64,000 nucleotides of DNA from the NCBI RefSeq assembly GCF_001194135.2, contig NC_068985.1, forward strand, positions 72,303,831-72,367,830, read 5' to 3'. Position numbers and translations under genes: made by a program. Source of the DNA: Octopus bimaculoides (Eukaryota). This document shows positions 62,338-64,000 of the stretch, piece by piece. Positions within the stretch are counted from its first letter, which is position 1. Each line of letters starts with the position of its first letter. The notes below the pieces were generated by a model. The model worked only from the letters and a program-made list of their open reading frames with translations. It ran no database searches and had not been told where the DNA came from.

Positions 62338-63187
62338 TAGGTAGGTAGATAGATAGATAGATAGATAGTGAGATAGATAGTGAGTGTATGAGTGGGAGAA
62401 AGAAAGAGTGTAACAACTGTGTACAGGACAAAAACAATTTAGCGTAGTAAGCAAACTATACATAGTATGCCAGTTGTATTTTTTCTGAATGAGTCCCACA
62501 CATCTAATTAATGAAATTAGGATGTTGTTTAACTAAAAGTAATATAAATACGGACAGCAATTTTAACAGATTTATTTGCAGTTGTAATTCTTTTTATTTC
62601 TGTTTTGGTTGTTTCTAAATTCATTACTTAAATTGAATAATTAAATATCAATTAGATAATATTATTTTATATGAACTTTCTATTAGTTTGCTGAGTTTTT
62701 AAAATTTTATTTTAATTAAAATAAATGTCATTAGTTAATAAAAAAAATTTTGAGAAATAATTTAATTGAAATATTTAAAGTTGGTTTATTTCTCCTTTAC
62801 ATCTGATGGAAAAGTTGTGGGGACCAGGGTTAGGATCTGTGTGGGTTCATGGAGAAAGGGGAAAGTGTGACAGTTAAAAATCTTGTGGAGCAGATTTCTT
62901 GTCATAAATACAATCACAAACTCCATAATTTTTCATGTCTGTATTTTCCATGACAGCAAGAGTTGCATTAGATTTCTTGCAGTAATATTCTAATATTCTA
63001 TAACCAGATGCTCTTCCCGAAGCTGACTTTTACATTGTTTTTTTAAGTAAGGCAATATAATTCACTGGTCTTCACACATCAATCACCCAACCTGTAGGTC
63101 ATGTTATTTATGTGAGGTACAAACAGACATCATTGCTGTGCGAACAGTATCAATACCAAGACACCTGGAAACACACACACAGACGCA

Positions 63188-63246
<59 letters not shown>

Positions 63247-63639
63247 ACACACTTTCTCTTACTCTCACATACACACACACACACACACATACATACAGTG
63301 GCTTCTCTAGAATTTCAAGACTTGCAATTTCAATCACCTGAAATCATGTGATTGCTAAGCAAACTTTTTAATTACATAGTCATGCCCACTCCTGTGTCTA
63401 TATATGTATGTATATATTGTCTCTACTCCCTACTCATGCACATTTGGCATTATCTAACCGTTTATATTTTGACACCACCTCCCCCGCCCCCCATACACTG
63501 AGGGTAAGCCCTGGCATTTCCCCAAAATCTATCATTCTCTTGCTCTCACTTTCTGTCGCTCATTTGCTCAACTCTTCCATCCCTTTTATATTCTGATTTT
63601 CCTTCCTTGTGAGTATGTCCTAGCACTTCGTCACCATCT

Positions 63640-63747
63640 CTCTCCTGTACTGTCTTGCACTTTCGTTCTCTTCTACTCTCTCTTTTTCTTGCTCTCTCTC
63701 CCTTTGACTGGGTAACCATGTATCTCTTCTACAGGAACATACCTGTT

Positions 63748-63779
<32 letters not shown>

Positions 63780-64000
63780 ATCAGATAACCATGTATCTCC
63801 TCTACAGCAACACACCTGTTTCTATGTCTCTCTCTGTCACACCCTAATCTTTCATCATCTAACATAAGATCCCTTCTTATAATTCCCTCTATCCTCTCAA
63901 AGGATCTTTGTCTTGCAAGTTACTTGGTGACCCCACCAGTGCTGGTGCCATGTAAAAAGCACTCAGTCCACTCTACAGGGTGGTTGGTATTAGGAAGGGT
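63640..64000 (+). mobile_element. RTE-related 3' region running off the window end
   Basis: cttgcaagttacttggtgacc...gtggttggtattaggaagggt matches the 31451 copy. Contains an internal ~50-bp duplication. Confidence 0.65.

Overview
This is AT-rich animal genomic DNA from a gapped short-read-style scaffold. There are 8 N-gaps (16376-16660, 18604-19082, 20376-20857, 29083-29810, 32287-32503, 52055-52179, ~52836-53485, 59941-60220), most abutting (TA)n/(TG)n tracts. The SINE, LINE and microsatellite landscape looks like an Octopus (coleoid cephalopod) genome; this is inferred, not searched. The window lies mostly in the long introns of one + strand gene, a Roundabout (Robo) receptor homolog. Three exons of its cytoplasmic tail are recognisable (30330-30521, 41638-41772, 57145-57330), all phase 1-1, plus a weak candidate last exon (59475-59608). 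The rest is transposon debris: a DD36E Tc1-type element, Tc1/mariner, piggyBac-like and hAT-like MITEs, a Penelope-like retroelement, RTE, CR1 and CRE LINE fragments, and several tRNA-derived SINE families. I found no rRNA, tRNA gene or CRISPR array. Nearly all ORFs in the supplied track are microsatellite or N-gap artefacts. The most interesting observations are a palindromic element with a minimal hammerhead-ribozyme fold (21231-21478), the DD36E transposon, and several inverted-repeat pairs around the Robo exons that could form dsRNA in the pre-mRNA. Repeat boundaries are by-eye estimates unless TIR/TSD or splice sites are quoted.
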